From assembly GCA_038087875.1 (NCBI GenBank), contig CM075992.1, positions 8,744,001 to 8,808,000 of the forward strand: 64,000 nt of DNA. The letters are read 5' to 3'. Below are positions 24,584-37,410 of the stretch, piece after piece. Source of the DNA: Malacoraja senta (Eukaryota). How positions within the stretch are numbered: position 1 is the stretch's first letter; each line of letters opens with the position of its first letter. The position numbers and the translations under genes are program-made. The notes beneath the pieces are model-generated. The model did not search any database, was not told where the DNA came from, and saw only the letters and a program-made list of their open reading frames with translations.

Positions 24584-24932
24584 TAGGTGCTCCTCAACTT
24601 ACGATGGGGTTACGTTCCGATAAACCCATCGTAAATCAAAAATATCCGAAGTGGAAAATGTATTTAATACACCCAGCCTACCAAACATTCTCGTGGCTAA
24701 CGATATGCGGTACGATACTCTCTCGTGAAGCTGGGTCACGGCAGCGACATCGCGTGGCTGACTGGGAGCTGCGGCAAGCTGCCGTTGACCAGCATCACGA
24801 GAGAGTATCGTACCGCATATCGCTAGCCCGGGAAAAGATCAAAATTCGAATATTCGATGTACGGTTTCTACTGAATGTGTATCGCTTTTGCACCATGGTA
24901 AAGTCGAAGCATCGTAAGTCGAGGAGCATCTG
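24584..24932 (+). mobile_element. Tigger/pogo MITE, MER47 (Tigger5)-like
   Basis: TIRs taggtgctcctcaacttacgatg / catcgtaagtcgaggagcatctg flanked by TA. Interior resembles the MER47 consensus as recalled. Confidence 0.8.
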
Positions 24933-25034
24933 TACTTCCTGGTAAAGGGAGGGGCGGTTTAGTTGGGTGCCTAACCTCGTTACTTTTACGGAGTGTTAGC
25001 ACAGTGAAGGTAGGATCAAACTCTGTCTGACAGC

Positions 25035-25458
25035 TGATCGTTTCGCCGAACAACTCCGCTTGGTCCGCATTAACCAACCTGATCTCCCTGTGGCTCAGCA
25101 CTTCAACTCCCCCTCCCATTCCGAATCCGACCTTTCTGTCCTGGGCCTCCTCCATGGCCAAAGTGAGCACCACCGGAAATTGGAGGAGCAGCACCTCATA
25201 TTCCGCATGGGCAGTCTGCACCCTAGCGGCATAAACATTGACTTCTCCAATTTCTGGTAACCCTTGCTGTCTCCTCCCCTTCTCAGCTCCCCCTCAGCCC
25301 TCTGGCTCCTCCTCTTCCTTTTTCCTTTCTTCTCCCCGTCCCCCCTCCCCCACCCATCCTACATCAGTCTGAAGAAGAGTTTCAGCCCGAAACGTTGCCT
25401 ATTTCCTTCGCTCCATATATGCTGCTGCACCCGCTGAGTTTCTCCAGCACTTTTGTCT
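25035..25458 (+). mobile_element. Penelope-like element 3' end (GIY-YIG C-terminus, 3' UTR and hammerhead-like motif)
   Basis: PVAQHFNSPSHS...RKLEEQHLIFRMGSLHPSGINIDF followed by CTGAAGA..GAAACGTT. Other copies at about 2447-2760, 6800-7385, 16205-16475, 37510-37760, 51855-52235 and 59520-60045. Confidence 0.82.
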
Positions 25459-27318
25459 GTCTGACATCTGCACAGTATCTTGGGACATGTACAAGAAGCC
25501 TTTGGACTTAAGGGATTCAGTGCATATACAAGCCCTTTGGCCCACCAATTCCACGTCGACCAGCGGTCACCCCGTACAATAGCACTATCCCACACACTCG
25601 GGACAATTTACAAGTTTACCAAAGCTAATTAACCTACAAACCTGCACGTCTTTGGAGTGGGGGGAAACCGAAGCAAACCCACACGGTCACGGGGGGAGCG
25701 TACACTCTCCCGACAGACAGCACCCATAGTCTCTGGCACCGTGAGGCAGCAACTCTACCACTGGGCCAGCCCAAGCAATTGTGCTTATTGACCTAATCTC
25801 AGGGAAACAAAAGGAAGAAGCTTCCTTCATTGTTAAACAGCTAAACCAAGATATCAACTATGGGTGCAAGTATTATAGTGAAGTGTAATTTGGTGGAGGC
25901 ATAAAAAACCTCCACCAAATTACACTTCACTAGAATTTGCCCTTCCTAAAGCACGTTCAATGTTTTTTTTCCAATCCAAGAGTGTTATTTTTCACAATAT
26001 GGTATGAGATCAAATTTAAATGTACGTAATCTATCTGACATACATAATCTGCAGAAAGTGTTGCACATTTGTTTATCACTGTGAATGAAAACGTGTTATT
26101 GTTCATTATCAGATGGCAAATTATCTTTCACCATCCACAGAGAAATTTGATGTAAATTTTCATCGTTGTATTTCAAAATAGCATGGTATCTGATCTAAAT
26201 AGTAATAAGATAGTGCTTTTCAACATTTGAGGGGAAGTGAAAACCGCATTGTTATCTAGGTTTTGCTGATTTAATTTGCTGATAGGGATCAGTGTAAAGT
26301 ACTGATCTGCTGGTTGGTCACAGATTTATAGAGGCAAGTCAGGGATTTTTGCTCCTTCGATAATCTCGGGAGTCTCGGCAGCGGCAGCATGAGCCTCGGC
26401 GGTGGTGGAGCCTCGGCAGCAACGGGAGCCTCGATGGTGGGGGCAACGGCTCGCGATCGACCCGCAATCAATGGTGGATGAGTGTGGGGGGGAGAGGGGA
26501 AGGCAATGGGTGCCCGGTGTTTGGGGACCGCCCCCATGAAAAACAACGGGGACCCGGCGTGGGGGGGGGGGGGCCGTGAGGGACGGTGGGAGACAAAGGG
26601 GGACCCAGTGTGGGGGAGGGGGGCACTCTAATTTAGAATCCTCTGCCCAGGGGGATAAGTCTGTGTTTGTTCATTTGTTCCAGAGAAGGCGCTGTGCACA
26701 AGGCAGCCAGACAACAGTCGCTTGTCTTTTTCTTTTTGTTTTCACTTTTGTGTACCTTGTGTGTTGTGACTGTCGGCAGACCAATTTCTCTCCGGTGATG
26801 AATAAAGTTTTATCGTATCCTATAAATGGACGGTTTATGAAAAGGTTAATTCCCGGGATGGCGGGACTGTCATATGCTGAGAGAATGGAGCAGCTGGGCC
26901 CGTACACTCTGGAGTTTAGAAGGATGAGAGGAGATCTTATTGAAACACATAAGATTGTTAAGGGCTTGGACACGCTAGAGGCAGGAAACGTGTTTCCGAT
27001 GGGGGAGTCCAGAACCAGGGGCCACAGTTTAAGAATAAGGAGTAAGCCATTTAGAACGGAGACGAGGAAACACTTTTTCTCACAGAGAGTGGTGAGTCTG
27101 TGGAATTCTCTGCCTCAGAGGGCGGTGGAGGCAAGTTCTCTGGATACTTTCAAGAGAGAGCTAGATAGGGCTTAAAATTAGCGGAGTCAGGGGATATGGG
27201 GAGAAGGCAGGAACGGGGTACTAATTGGGGATGATCAGCCATGATCACATTGAATGGCGGTGCTGGCTCGAAGGGCCAAATGGCCTACTCCTGCACCTAT
27301 TGTCTATTGACTAAACTA

Positions 27319-27710
27319 CAGGTCCACCACTGATTTTCCAGCACCCTTGGTTCCAGAGCCTTTCTGGATTATCCATTTTGCCAGACCAAGAGGTCACGCA
27401 CGGCCTTCGAGAGGAGTCCAACGGCACCGGAACGGTGTGTTGAGGAGCCGAGATACCGGCCCGCAAAGTCGGCCTCAGAGGTCGGCTTTGGGAACGGATC
27501 TGCAGGGGCTCCTGCCAGGCCAGAGCTCCTGAGCCTCGGCTGCAGGGGGCAAATTCGATCTGCCGATCGGCCACGGAGGTCCCGATGTGGTCAAGATCGG
27601 CTGCCTCATCCAGCCAAGACACCACATTTTCGGGGGGGTCTTGGGAGATTTCAAGTGCGCTCCAGTAATTTTATCCAGGTGAAAGGAGGTGCTGGATAAT
27701 CAGTGGTGGG
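27319..27710. mobile_element. Degenerate TA-flanked Tc1/Tigger-like MITE
   Basis: ccaccactgattttccagcacc matches the inverted ggtgctggataatcagtggtgg. Confidence 0.5.
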
Positions 27711-27906
27711 GTAAGCGACTTTAAACTAACATGGAGTGGGTCACAACCAAATGCATTTTCAACTGTCTTTGTTGCAGGTTGCCACGTATTTGCTGTGTTT
27801 TTGAGTTAACGATCTGTAACTATTATATTCCTAATCATGTTCCTGACTACTGACGTCCCTTGTGCTTATGACAGATTCTGACTGTTTAAATCTCTTAACA
27901 ATGCAG

Positions 27907-27957
27907 GTCAGCAACCTGAAGAAAATCCTTCAGAGCATGTTGGAATATTACCACGAT
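27907..27957 (+). CDS. HOOK2: HOOK2 exon 4 (VSNLKKILQSMLEYYHD)
   Basis: tgcag acceptor, gtaagt donor, 51 nt in frame. Conserved SNLKK motif. Confidence 0.93.
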
Positions 27958-29204
27958 GTAAGTACTCCTAAATTATGCATAGAATGGCTTGTTTTAAGAG
28001 GGTTTTTTTGGGGAGAGGGTGGTGGGGGGGGGGGGGATGAAGTTTGTATTATTGCACAGCTGAGCATTTTAGATGCAGTGCTGGAGATTTAGTTTGGTTT
28101 ATTATTCTATCCAGTCAAAGAAAAGACTACACATGATTACAATCAACCAGTGCTGGCTCGAAGGGCCGTATGGCCTACTCCTGCACCTATTGTCTATTGT
28201 CTAAGCCATCCACAGTGGACAGGTAAAGAATAAAACATTGATTGATTGATTGAAACTCTATTGCAAGATAAAGTCAGATTCAAGATGGTTCCAAGGTCTC
28301 CAATGATGGGAGGTCATGATCGTTCTCGAAGCTGATGATGGGACCATTCAGTTGCCTGATTAATGTGCTTTGGGAACCTGTCAAATTCCATGACTTTTTG
28401 GGGCACGTCTTGTAATCTTTTGTTTTCTGGATGATTTTGGACACAGTAAGGAAAAACGGGGCACAGGTGGTAGAGCTACTGCCTTGGAAACAGAGAAACA
28501 TTTTAAAAAAATAGGTGCAGGAGTAGCCCATTCGGCCCTTCGAGCCAGCACCACCATCCAATATGATCATGGCTGATCATCTAAAATCGGTACCCCGTTC
28601 CTGCTTTTTCCCCACATCCCTTGATTCCGTTAGCCCGAAGCTAAACCTAACTCTCTCATGAGCACCAGAGACCTGAGTTCGATCCTTGTGTGCTGTCAGT
28701 GTGGCGTTTTCATCTTCTCCCTATGACCGCATGGGTTTTCTCCCACATCCCGAAGACATGCTCGTTTGTAGGTTAATTGATCTCTAAATTACGCTGCATC
28801 TCTAAGCTAAAGCTAAAACACTGGTCTGCAGTGTGACCTGCTGCTATAACAGCTGTGCGATCAACTAAGAAATATTTTACAGGTTAGAAACGCTTCACTT
28901 GTCCTCGAGGTGCAAAAGTGCCTAACTACAGTAGACATATTAATGTAGGATTTTGTACATAATCTTGTCTTCATGTTTCTGCACTATGGCTTTTTTTGTG
29001 GTGGTTTTTTTCTCATCCTCCCTACTGCAGTCTTCTGATGACTTCCTCTGTAGAATATTACAAACAAAAAACCTCAATAGGACATTATTCCTTGGAGCAC
29101 AGGAGGATGAGGGGTGATCTTATAGAAGTGTACAAAATCATGAGGAAGATAGGGTAAACACACAGAGTCTTTAACCCAGAGCAAGGGAATCAAGAACCAA
29201 AGGA

Positions 29205-29426
29205 AGATAGACAAAAATGCTGGAGAAACTCAGCGGGTGCAGCAGTATCTATGGAGCGAAGGAATTGGGCAACGTTTCGGGCCAAAACCCTTCCTCAGAC
29301 TGAAGAAAGGTTTCGGCCCGAAACGTTGCCTATTTCCTTCGCTCCATAGATGCTGCTGCACCTGTTGAGTCTCTCCAGCATGTTTGTCTACCTTCGATTG
29401 TCCAGCATCTGCAGTTCCTTCTTAAA
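29205..29426. mobile_element. Fold-back Penelope pseudo-LTR insertion inside a CR1 fragment
   Basis: Inverted arms meeting at cagactgaaga. TSD caagaaccaaagga (29191-29204 / 29427-29440). Confidence 0.82.
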
Positions 29427-32045
29427 CAAGAACCAAAGGACATAGGTTTAAGGTTAGAGGGGCAATATTTAATATTAACCTGAGGGACAACTTTTTCACA
29501 CAGAGGGGGATGGTTGTATGGAACGTGCTGCCTGATGAGTGGTTGTGACAGGTACTATAACAGCATTTAAAAGATACTTGGACAGGTACCTGAATAGCAA
29601 CAGTTTGGAGGGATACGGGCCAAACGCAGGCAAATGGCCATCTTGGTCGGCTTGGACAAGTTGGGCCGAATAGTCAATAGTTAATTTTATTCGTCACATA
29701 CACATATAAGTGCAGTGAAATGAATTTGCCAGCAGCGATACAATTAAAAATGAACACACAATACACAATAAGATTTAACACAAACATCTTGTTTCTCTCT
29801 CAGAACAAGTCTCTGAAGAATAAGTCTCTGAAGGACTTGTTTCCATGTTTTATGGCTCTGTGACTGTGAAAGTTGATTCATCTAAGAGATAGACACAAAA
29901 TGCTGGAGTAACTCAGCGGGTCAGGCAGCATCTCTGGAGAAAAGGAATAGGTGGCGTTTCGGGTCCTTTTTCTCCAGAGATGCTGCCTGATTCGCTGAGT
30001 TACTCCCGCATTTTGCAACAAGGTATGAATCCATGTCCATCGGCTGAACAACTATTGTGTTCACTGTGCAACCATTGTGCTTTTTTTGAGGCAAAGATGA
30101 TTTCAAACGGCAGATTTTATGTTCAAACCTACTTGCAAGGTTGCTCTGCTGTCTTTTGTCAATATAACATGTGAGGAAAGATAACACAGGATGTTTTCTG
30201 CACCCGCTTTTCAGAGCTTCTGTTTCTATTCATCGTAGCGATTGCATTTGTTTGATCGAAAAATGGCCTTCAAGGGCACACAGCAGCCATTATTCCCATT
30301 GCAAAGACGCAACAAAGATCATTTGTTTAAATGACTAAGTATGTTAACAGGAGCATAAATTAAAGAGAATCAAGGGCAGGTTTCGTTTGTTTAGTTTAGT
30401 GTAGAGATACAGTGCGGAAACAGGCCCTTCGGCCCACCGAGTCCGTGCCGACCAGTATCCCCGCAAACTAACACTATCCTACGCACTAGGGACAATTGAC
30501 TATTTTTTACAGAAGCCAATTATCCTACAAACCGGTACGTCTTTGGAGAGTGGGAGGAAACCCACGCAGGTCGTGTAACTCCGTACAGACAGCACCCGTG
30601 GTCAGGATCGAACCCGGGTCTCTACTGCTTTGCCACCGCGCCACCCAGGTGTTTAGTTGTTTCCATAGTTCCCTCTTGCCCTGAGGGAGTTGTCGATGAA
30701 GGAGCGACCTGTTGTCTTAACTCCATTGACATTACTCGCAAGGATGTTGATGGTGAATCTACAATATATGTTAACAGTTTATGCCAAGTTTCTTTAATGC
30801 TTCCAGGATTTTGGAGAAGGTGTTAAATGCACAAGATGGTAAACTGAGGCCTTAAATGAACCTAAAAATATTTATATATAGTAGCTCTATTCAAAGATCA
30901 GGCTTGCTCTTGGAAAGAGGGACCAATCCACAGCGAACATCACCTGGAGGTATATAGAAGCAAGGAACTGCAGATGCTCTTCACAAACCCCCCCCCCCCA
31001 ACAAATTGCTGGAGTAACACAGCATCTCTGCAGAACATGGATGGGTGAAGTTTGGGGTCGGGACCCTTCTTCAGACTGATTGTGCCAGGGGTAGAAAGCT
31101 GGAAGGGAGGAGGGCCAGGATAATGCCTCGCAAGTAATAGGTGGATAGACACAAAATGCTGGTGTAACTCAGCGGGATAGGCAGCATCTCTGGAGAGAAG
31201 GAATGGGTGACGTTTCTAGTCATGATCTTCAGAAGAAGGGTCTCGACCCGAACCGTCAACCATTCCTTCTTTCCAGAGATGCTGCTGGTCCCACTGAGTC
31301 ACTCATGCATTTAGTGTCCATCTTTGGTTTAAACCAGCATCTGCAGTTCCTTCCTACACCAGTAATAGGTGGATTCAGGTTGGGGAGGGGGGGGGGGGGG
31401 AGAGTTTGATGGACACATGGTTGGACAAAGGCCAGAGATGCAAAGACAGAAGGTGTGAGTACACGTGACAGCTTTAGTTGCGTGCTAACCAGTCAGTGGA
31501 AAGACAATACATGATTACAATCGAGCCATCCACAATGTACAGATACATGATCAAGGGAATAACATGAATAATGTTTAGTGCACGGTAAAGCCAGTAAAGT
31601 CCGATGCTGCCTGACCCACTGAGTTACTCCAGCATTTTGTATCTAAGTCCGATCAAAGATAGTCTGAGGGTCACCAATGAGGTAGATAGTAGTTCAGGCA
31701 CCACTCTCTAGTTGGTGGTAGGATGGTTCAGTTGCCTGATAACAGCCGGGGAGAAACTGTCCCTGAATCTGGAGGTGTGCGTTTTCACACTTCTGTACCT
31801 CTTGCCTGATGGGAGAGGGGAGAAGAGGGAGTGGCCAGGGTGAGACTGGTCCTTGATTATGCTGCTGGCCTTGCCGAGGCAGAGTGAGGTTGTAGATGGA
31901 ATCAATGGAAGGGAGGTTGGTTTGTGTGATGGTCTGGGCATGCGTCCACAATTGGATTGTCTTGAGGTTGTTTGGTGACCATGCACTAGATTCCCAGAAT
32001 AGAGAGAGTCCCTTTGCTTTAATTTCAAACTCGCTTTGCCTTCAG

Positions 32046-32177
32046 GTTCTGGGCCACCAGGTTTCCGAGTACAATTTGCCGGAGGTCAACCAGATCGGGG
32101 AGCATTCGGACGCAGCGGAGCTGGGTCGGATGCTGCAGCTCGTGCTCGGCTGTGCCGTCAGCTGTGAGAAGAAACAC
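32046..32177 (+). CDS. HOOK2: HOOK2 exon 5 (VLGHQVSEYNLPEV...LVLGCAVSCEKKH), 1 nt short at the donor
   Basis: ttcag acceptor and conserved ELGRMLQLVLGCAV. The gtgagg donor gives 132 nt, but exon 6 requires phase 1 (133 nt). Confidence 0.9.
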
Positions 32178-34179
32178 GTGAGGCACCAGCACCGCGCGGT
32201 GTGTTCCAGGCTGCAATGTTCCGGCGGACCATCACCGCATCGTTTGCCTGTTTGCCGATTATTCATTTAGCTTAGAGATACAGAGCGGAGCCCACCGAGT
32301 CCCCACCGACCAGTGATACCCACACAGAAACACTGTCCTACACACACTGGGGACAGTTTAGAATTTTCACCAAAAGCCAATCAACCTACAAACCTGTACG
32401 TCTTTGGAGTGTGGGAGGAAACCGAAGATCTCTGAGAAAACCCACGCAGGTCACGGGGAGAACGTACAAACTCTGTACAGACAGCACCCGTAGTCGGGAT
32501 GGAACCCGGCTCTCTGGCGCTGTAAGGCAGCAACTCTACCGCAGCGCCACCGTGCCACCCCTTGCTGTCCTATCGGGTCTACCACCTGACCATGTGGATG
32601 TGATAAGTCCATATTGGAGAGATATAACCTGGATGCAGGCCCTTCGGCCCACCGAGTCCATGCCGACCAGCGATTTGCCCATACACTAGCACTATCCAAC
32701 ACAAACTAGGGATATTTTACAATTTTACCAAAGCCAATTAGCCCACGTTGCTACTACATTTCTCCTATGTGATGCTCCTAAAACTTTGCTTATTTTAGAG
32801 ATACAGCGTGGATATAGGCCCTTCGGCCCACCAAGCCTGTGCCGGCCAACTATCACCCACACAATAGTTATATATTATCCCAGTTTTGCATCCAACGTTC
32901 TAGGGGAATTTACATAAGCAAATTAACCTGCAAGTCTTTGGAGTTGGGAGGAAACCGGAAACCCACATGGTAACGGGGAGAGCCTACAAACTCCACACAG
33001 ACAGCACCCGAGGTCAGGATCGAATCCTGGTCTCTGGAGCTGTAAGGCAGCAACTCGATCACTGCACCACTGTGCTGTCCCCTAAGTTTCTTATTAAAAT
33101 GAAACTACCGATTGACTTGTATGTAGTAAACACTGCTTATTATTGGGTGTCAAGGGTTCTAAATTGGCACTTAGCTTATGAAAAACATCATTATATCAGC
33201 ATGGATACATTTCATTATCTCTGAAAATATGTGGTGGGATAATAATGGAATTTTGTTTTAACCCTGCATTGGATTATTCTTTTTGAGGTCTTGGATTGTT
33301 TAATGATGATGCACCTTGTTCCCAGAATAGCAAACATTTCTTTGCTTAGCAACCAGAAATTGCACATGAAATGTGTCATTAATGGCATTTGGCATGTGTC
33401 ATTAATGGCATTTATTTTAAAATGATATGAACCTGGGGGATGGGGGAAAGGGGTGAGAATATCTTCTGACCTTTGATTCTCAATGGTGACTCAATTAATT
33501 TTACTCTACAGTTGATAAGAGTCATACAGCATTGAAACAGGCTCTTAGGTCCAGCTTGCCCACACCGACCAACATGTCCCATCTCCACTAGCCCCACCTA
33601 CCTGAGTTTGGCCTATATCCCTCTAACCCTGTCCTATCCATGTACCTGTCTAAATGCCTCTTAATTGTTGCGATAGGATCTGTCTCAACTACCTCCCTAC
33701 ACCCACCACCCTTTGTGTAAAAGAAAGTTACCCCTCAGGTTCCTATTAAATATTTTCCCCCCTCACCTTAAACCATCACCCTCTGGTTCTCATTTCCCCA
33801 ATTTGGGGCAAGAGACTTGTTTACCCAATCTATACCTCCATAATTTTGTACACCTCTATAAGATCACCCTCCATCCATCTGCGCTCAAGGAATAGTGTCC
33901 AAGCTTGCTCAATCTCTCGCTGTAGTTCAAGCCCTCGATAATTTGGTAACATCCTCGTAAATCTTCTCTGCACCCTTTCCAGCTTGACAATAACTTTCCT
34001 ATAAAATGGTGCCCCAAACTGAACACAATACTCGAAATGTGGCCTCACCAACGTCTTGCATAACTGCCACATGACCTCCTAACTTCTATACTCAATACTC
34101 CGACTGATGAAGTCCATTGTGTCTAAGGTCTTTTTGACCACCCTGTCTACATGTGACACCACTTTCAAGGAGCTATGTC

Positions 34180-34965
34180 AAGAGTGTTTTATTGTCATGT
34201 GTCCCAGATAGAACAATGAAATTCTTACTTGTTGCAGCACAACAGAATATGTAATCATAATTAATAATATAACTAAAACTCAGAAAAAAAAGTACAAAAA
34301 ATAACAGTGCAATAATAATAATAATCTATTGTAGTTCATAGTTTATGAGGTTGTAGTGTTTAATAGCCTGATGGCTGTAGGGAAGACGCTCTTCCTGAAC
34401 CTGGACGTTACAGTTTTCAGGCTCCTGTATCTTCTTCCCGATGGCAGGGGTGAACTGAGTGTGTGGCCAGGACGGTGTGGGTCTTTGATGATGTTGGCTG
34501 CCTTTTTGAGGCAGCGACTACGATAGATCCCCTCGATGGTAGGGAGGTCAGAGCCAGTGATGGCCTGGGCAGTGTTTACAACTTTTTGCAGTCTTTTCCG
34601 CTCCTGGACGCTCAAGTTGCCGAACCAAGCCACGATGCAACCAGTCAGCATGCTCTCTACTGTGCACCTGTAGAAGTTCAAGAGAGTCCTCCTTGACATA
34701 CCGAATCTCTGTAATCTTCTCAGGAAGTAGAGGCGCTGATGTGCTTTATGATTGCATCAGGGTGCTGGGTCCAGGAAAGATCGTCGGAAATATGCACGCC
34801 CAGGAATGTGAAGTTTTGGACTCTCTCCACCATCGTCCCATTGATGTAAACAGGATTGTGGGTCCTCAGCCTTCCTCTTCCAAGGTCCACAATCAATTCT
34901 TTGGTTTTGCTGATATTGAGAGCCAGGTTGTTGTGCTGGCACCATATGGTCAGTCAGTTGATCTC
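34180..34965 (-). mobile_element. Rex1/Babar LINE 3' part
   Basis: FYRCTVESMLTGCIVAWFG...LPSGRRYRSL...FPTAIRLLN. Shorter copies at about 2214-2440, 4050-4165, 6005-6080, 11005-11110, 31690-31960 and 59235-59495. Confidence 0.85.
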
Positions 34966-35598
34966 ACATCTACACCCTACCAGCACTCCTAGATCCCTCT
35001 GCTCTACAACACTCCTGCCATTCACTGCATAGGCCCTGCCCATGTTAGACTTCCCTAAAGGCAAAGTCTCACATTTCTCTGTATCAAATTCCTTCAACCA
35101 TTCCTCGGCCCACCTGCCCAACCATTCAAGATCCTGCTGCAATTATTGCCAGCCCTCTTTACTATCTACAATACCGGCCACGTTAGTGGCAGTGCAGTGC
35201 TGCAGTTTTGAGTACTGTATTTTAATCTTTTACCTCTGCCCCAGATCTGTGGGACTCTGCTGCCCGTGGGTATTTTAGTTAGCCCCGTGATATTTTTGTG
35301 AGTGTACAGCGTCCATTTGCCCCCCTTGCCCCACCCGAGCTACCAGCCCAGGAATGGAATGCTGTGCTTGCATGTGGCATTCCATGCCTCATCCCAGCTG
35401 CTCCAGCTCCAGTGAATACCAGCCGGCTTCAGGATTAGAAAGCTGGCCTTTGCAAGCGACGTCCAGCTCCTTGTGGATCGTTATGTCTGAAACTTTTCTC
35501 GACTGCGTTTGAATGAGAATGTTTGTCGAGACAAACACTGTTTTTATAATGACAACTACAATGTTACTCTCAGACCAAGCTGCTTTTCTCCCTTCCAG

Positions 35599-35666
35599 AA
35601 TACATCCAGCACATCATGACGCTTGAAGAATCTGTACAGCACGTTGTCATGACAGCCATTCAGGAG
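35599..35666 (+). CDS. HOOK2: HOOK2 exon 6 (EYIQHIMTLEESVQHVVMTAIQE)
   Basis: cccttccag acceptor, gtgagt donor, 68 nt. Highly conserved Hook-domain helix. Confidence 0.93.
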
Positions 35667-36707
35667 GTGAGTAGACAAGGCCGCATTAAAATCTTTCTCT
35701 GAAGCCAGCCCTTGGTCTGAATAAATGTGTTCGAATTGCTGGTTTATTTGAAAATGAACAGGTAGAGCAAAGTCAGATCATTTGTCCTCATGTTTTGTGG
35801 TCATGTTTTTGTGTGCTTTACTGTTCTAACCTCACTGTAATAAACCCTCATAATTATGGATCACTGGGGGAGGGGGGGGGAAGAATGGTGGCCATTGTTG
35901 CTGATTGTCCGCTATAACCGAGTGAGGGGGGGTAAAGTTTAACTCAAGGCCGGGTAGGGAGGAGGGTGGGGGTTAAACACGTAGGAATTCACGGGCCGGG
36001 GAGCCCGGACGCGGTGCACCGGGAGAAGGGCCCGGTGCTCACTCCGCCTTCATGCTGCCTGCTCTGTCCACTCCCACACCCACTAGCGTGTCACGTGCCG
36101 CCTGCTCCCCGGGCAACTGGCAGAAGTGGGACGATGCATCGGAACTTTGGTTCGCTATAACCCAAACCCGCTGTATAGAGGCCCGTTATTGCTAGGGTTG
36201 CCAACTTTCTCACTCCCCCGCCCTCTACACGCCTTCAAGCATGCAGTAACTCTTCACTTCAGGGGTACCTCTTATTGAGCCTGACGCATGTTTGTGAAGC
36301 CATACAATCTTGAAGTGTTCAAACTAAAAGCATTCAATCTACTATTTATAACCCCTTGGATTAGTTTCCAGTGTACATTTTCCTTCTTACTTTCCGCCTT
36401 AACGATGTTAGATAGACACAAAATGCTGGAGTAACTCAGCGGGACAGCCAGCATATCTGGATAGAAGGAATGGGCGACGTTTCGGGTCGAGACTGAAGAA
36501 AGGTCTCGACCCGGAACGTCACCCATTCCTTCTCTCCAGAAATGCTGCATGCCCTGCTGAGTTACTCCAGATTTTTGTGTCCATCTTCGGTGCAAAGCAG
36601 CATCGACAGTTCCTTCCTACACATTAGCGATAAGTTAGACATCCTGCTATCTGGACTCATATTTGTCACTGCGGTTGGTAATCTGATTTATTTTTTCTGT
36701 TCTCCAG

Positions 36708-36770
36708 CTTTTGACCAAGGACCCTTGTGAATCAGTGGCTAGTGACAACTATAGCGAAGTGGACTGCCAG
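36708..36770 (+). CDS. HOOK2: HOOK2 exon 7 (LLTKDPCESVASDNYSEVDCQ)
   Basis: ttctccag acceptor, gtattt donor, 63 nt. Aligns to human LMTKDTPDSLSPETYGNFDSQ. Confidence 0.88.
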
Positions 36771-37332
36771 GTATTTATAGAATTCGGTTATTGCTAAAAA
36801 TCCTGTGAGTGACCTAATTAAAATACATCAGTGATGGTGACGTTATGCGACAGATTCATGTGACAAATACCTGCTGAATGAATTAATTCAAGATATTTGA
36901 TAATGAATCAAAATGTTTTTTGTGTGAATCCTCCCTGACCCCTGTAAATTGAGTGATCCCGTAGAAATCATCAAATTAAATTCACCGTCACCAGTGGGCA
37001 GCGCTGTGTCGCAGCAGTAGAGTTGCTGCCTCACAGCGCCAGAGACCCGGGTTCAATCGTGACTACAGGTGCTGTCTGTACGGAGTTTGTACCCGTGGGA
37101 CCGCGTGGGTTTTCTCTGGGTGCTCTGGTTTCCTCCCAGACTCCAAAGACGTACAGGTTTGTAGGTTTATTGTTTGGCCTCTGTACAAAAATGTAAATTG
37201 CCCCTGGTGTGTAGAAAGTGCTGGTGTCTGGGGTGATCGCTGGTCGACGTGGTCTCGGTGGGCCGAAGGGCATGTTACCGCACTGTGTCTCTAAAGTCTG
37301 AAGTAAATCTCTCTGTGCCTTTCTCTCTCCAG

Positions 37333-37410
37333 CCGAAGAGATTCAGTTTGTGTGAGGAGGTAGAATCAGGAGACGAGCTCTCTCAGCGCTGTCATGAACT
37401 AGATCTTCAG
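37333..37410 (+). CDS. HOOK2: HOOK2 exon 8 (PKRFSLCEEVESGDELSQRCHELDLQ)
   Basis: ctctctccag acceptor, gtgagt donor, 78 nt in frame. Confidence 0.9.

Noticed and set aside
24584..24932. Human DNA contamination as the source of the MER47-like sequence
   Set aside because: The element has its own TA flanks and is contiguous with HE1, HER1 and Penelope repeats typical of the rest of the window.
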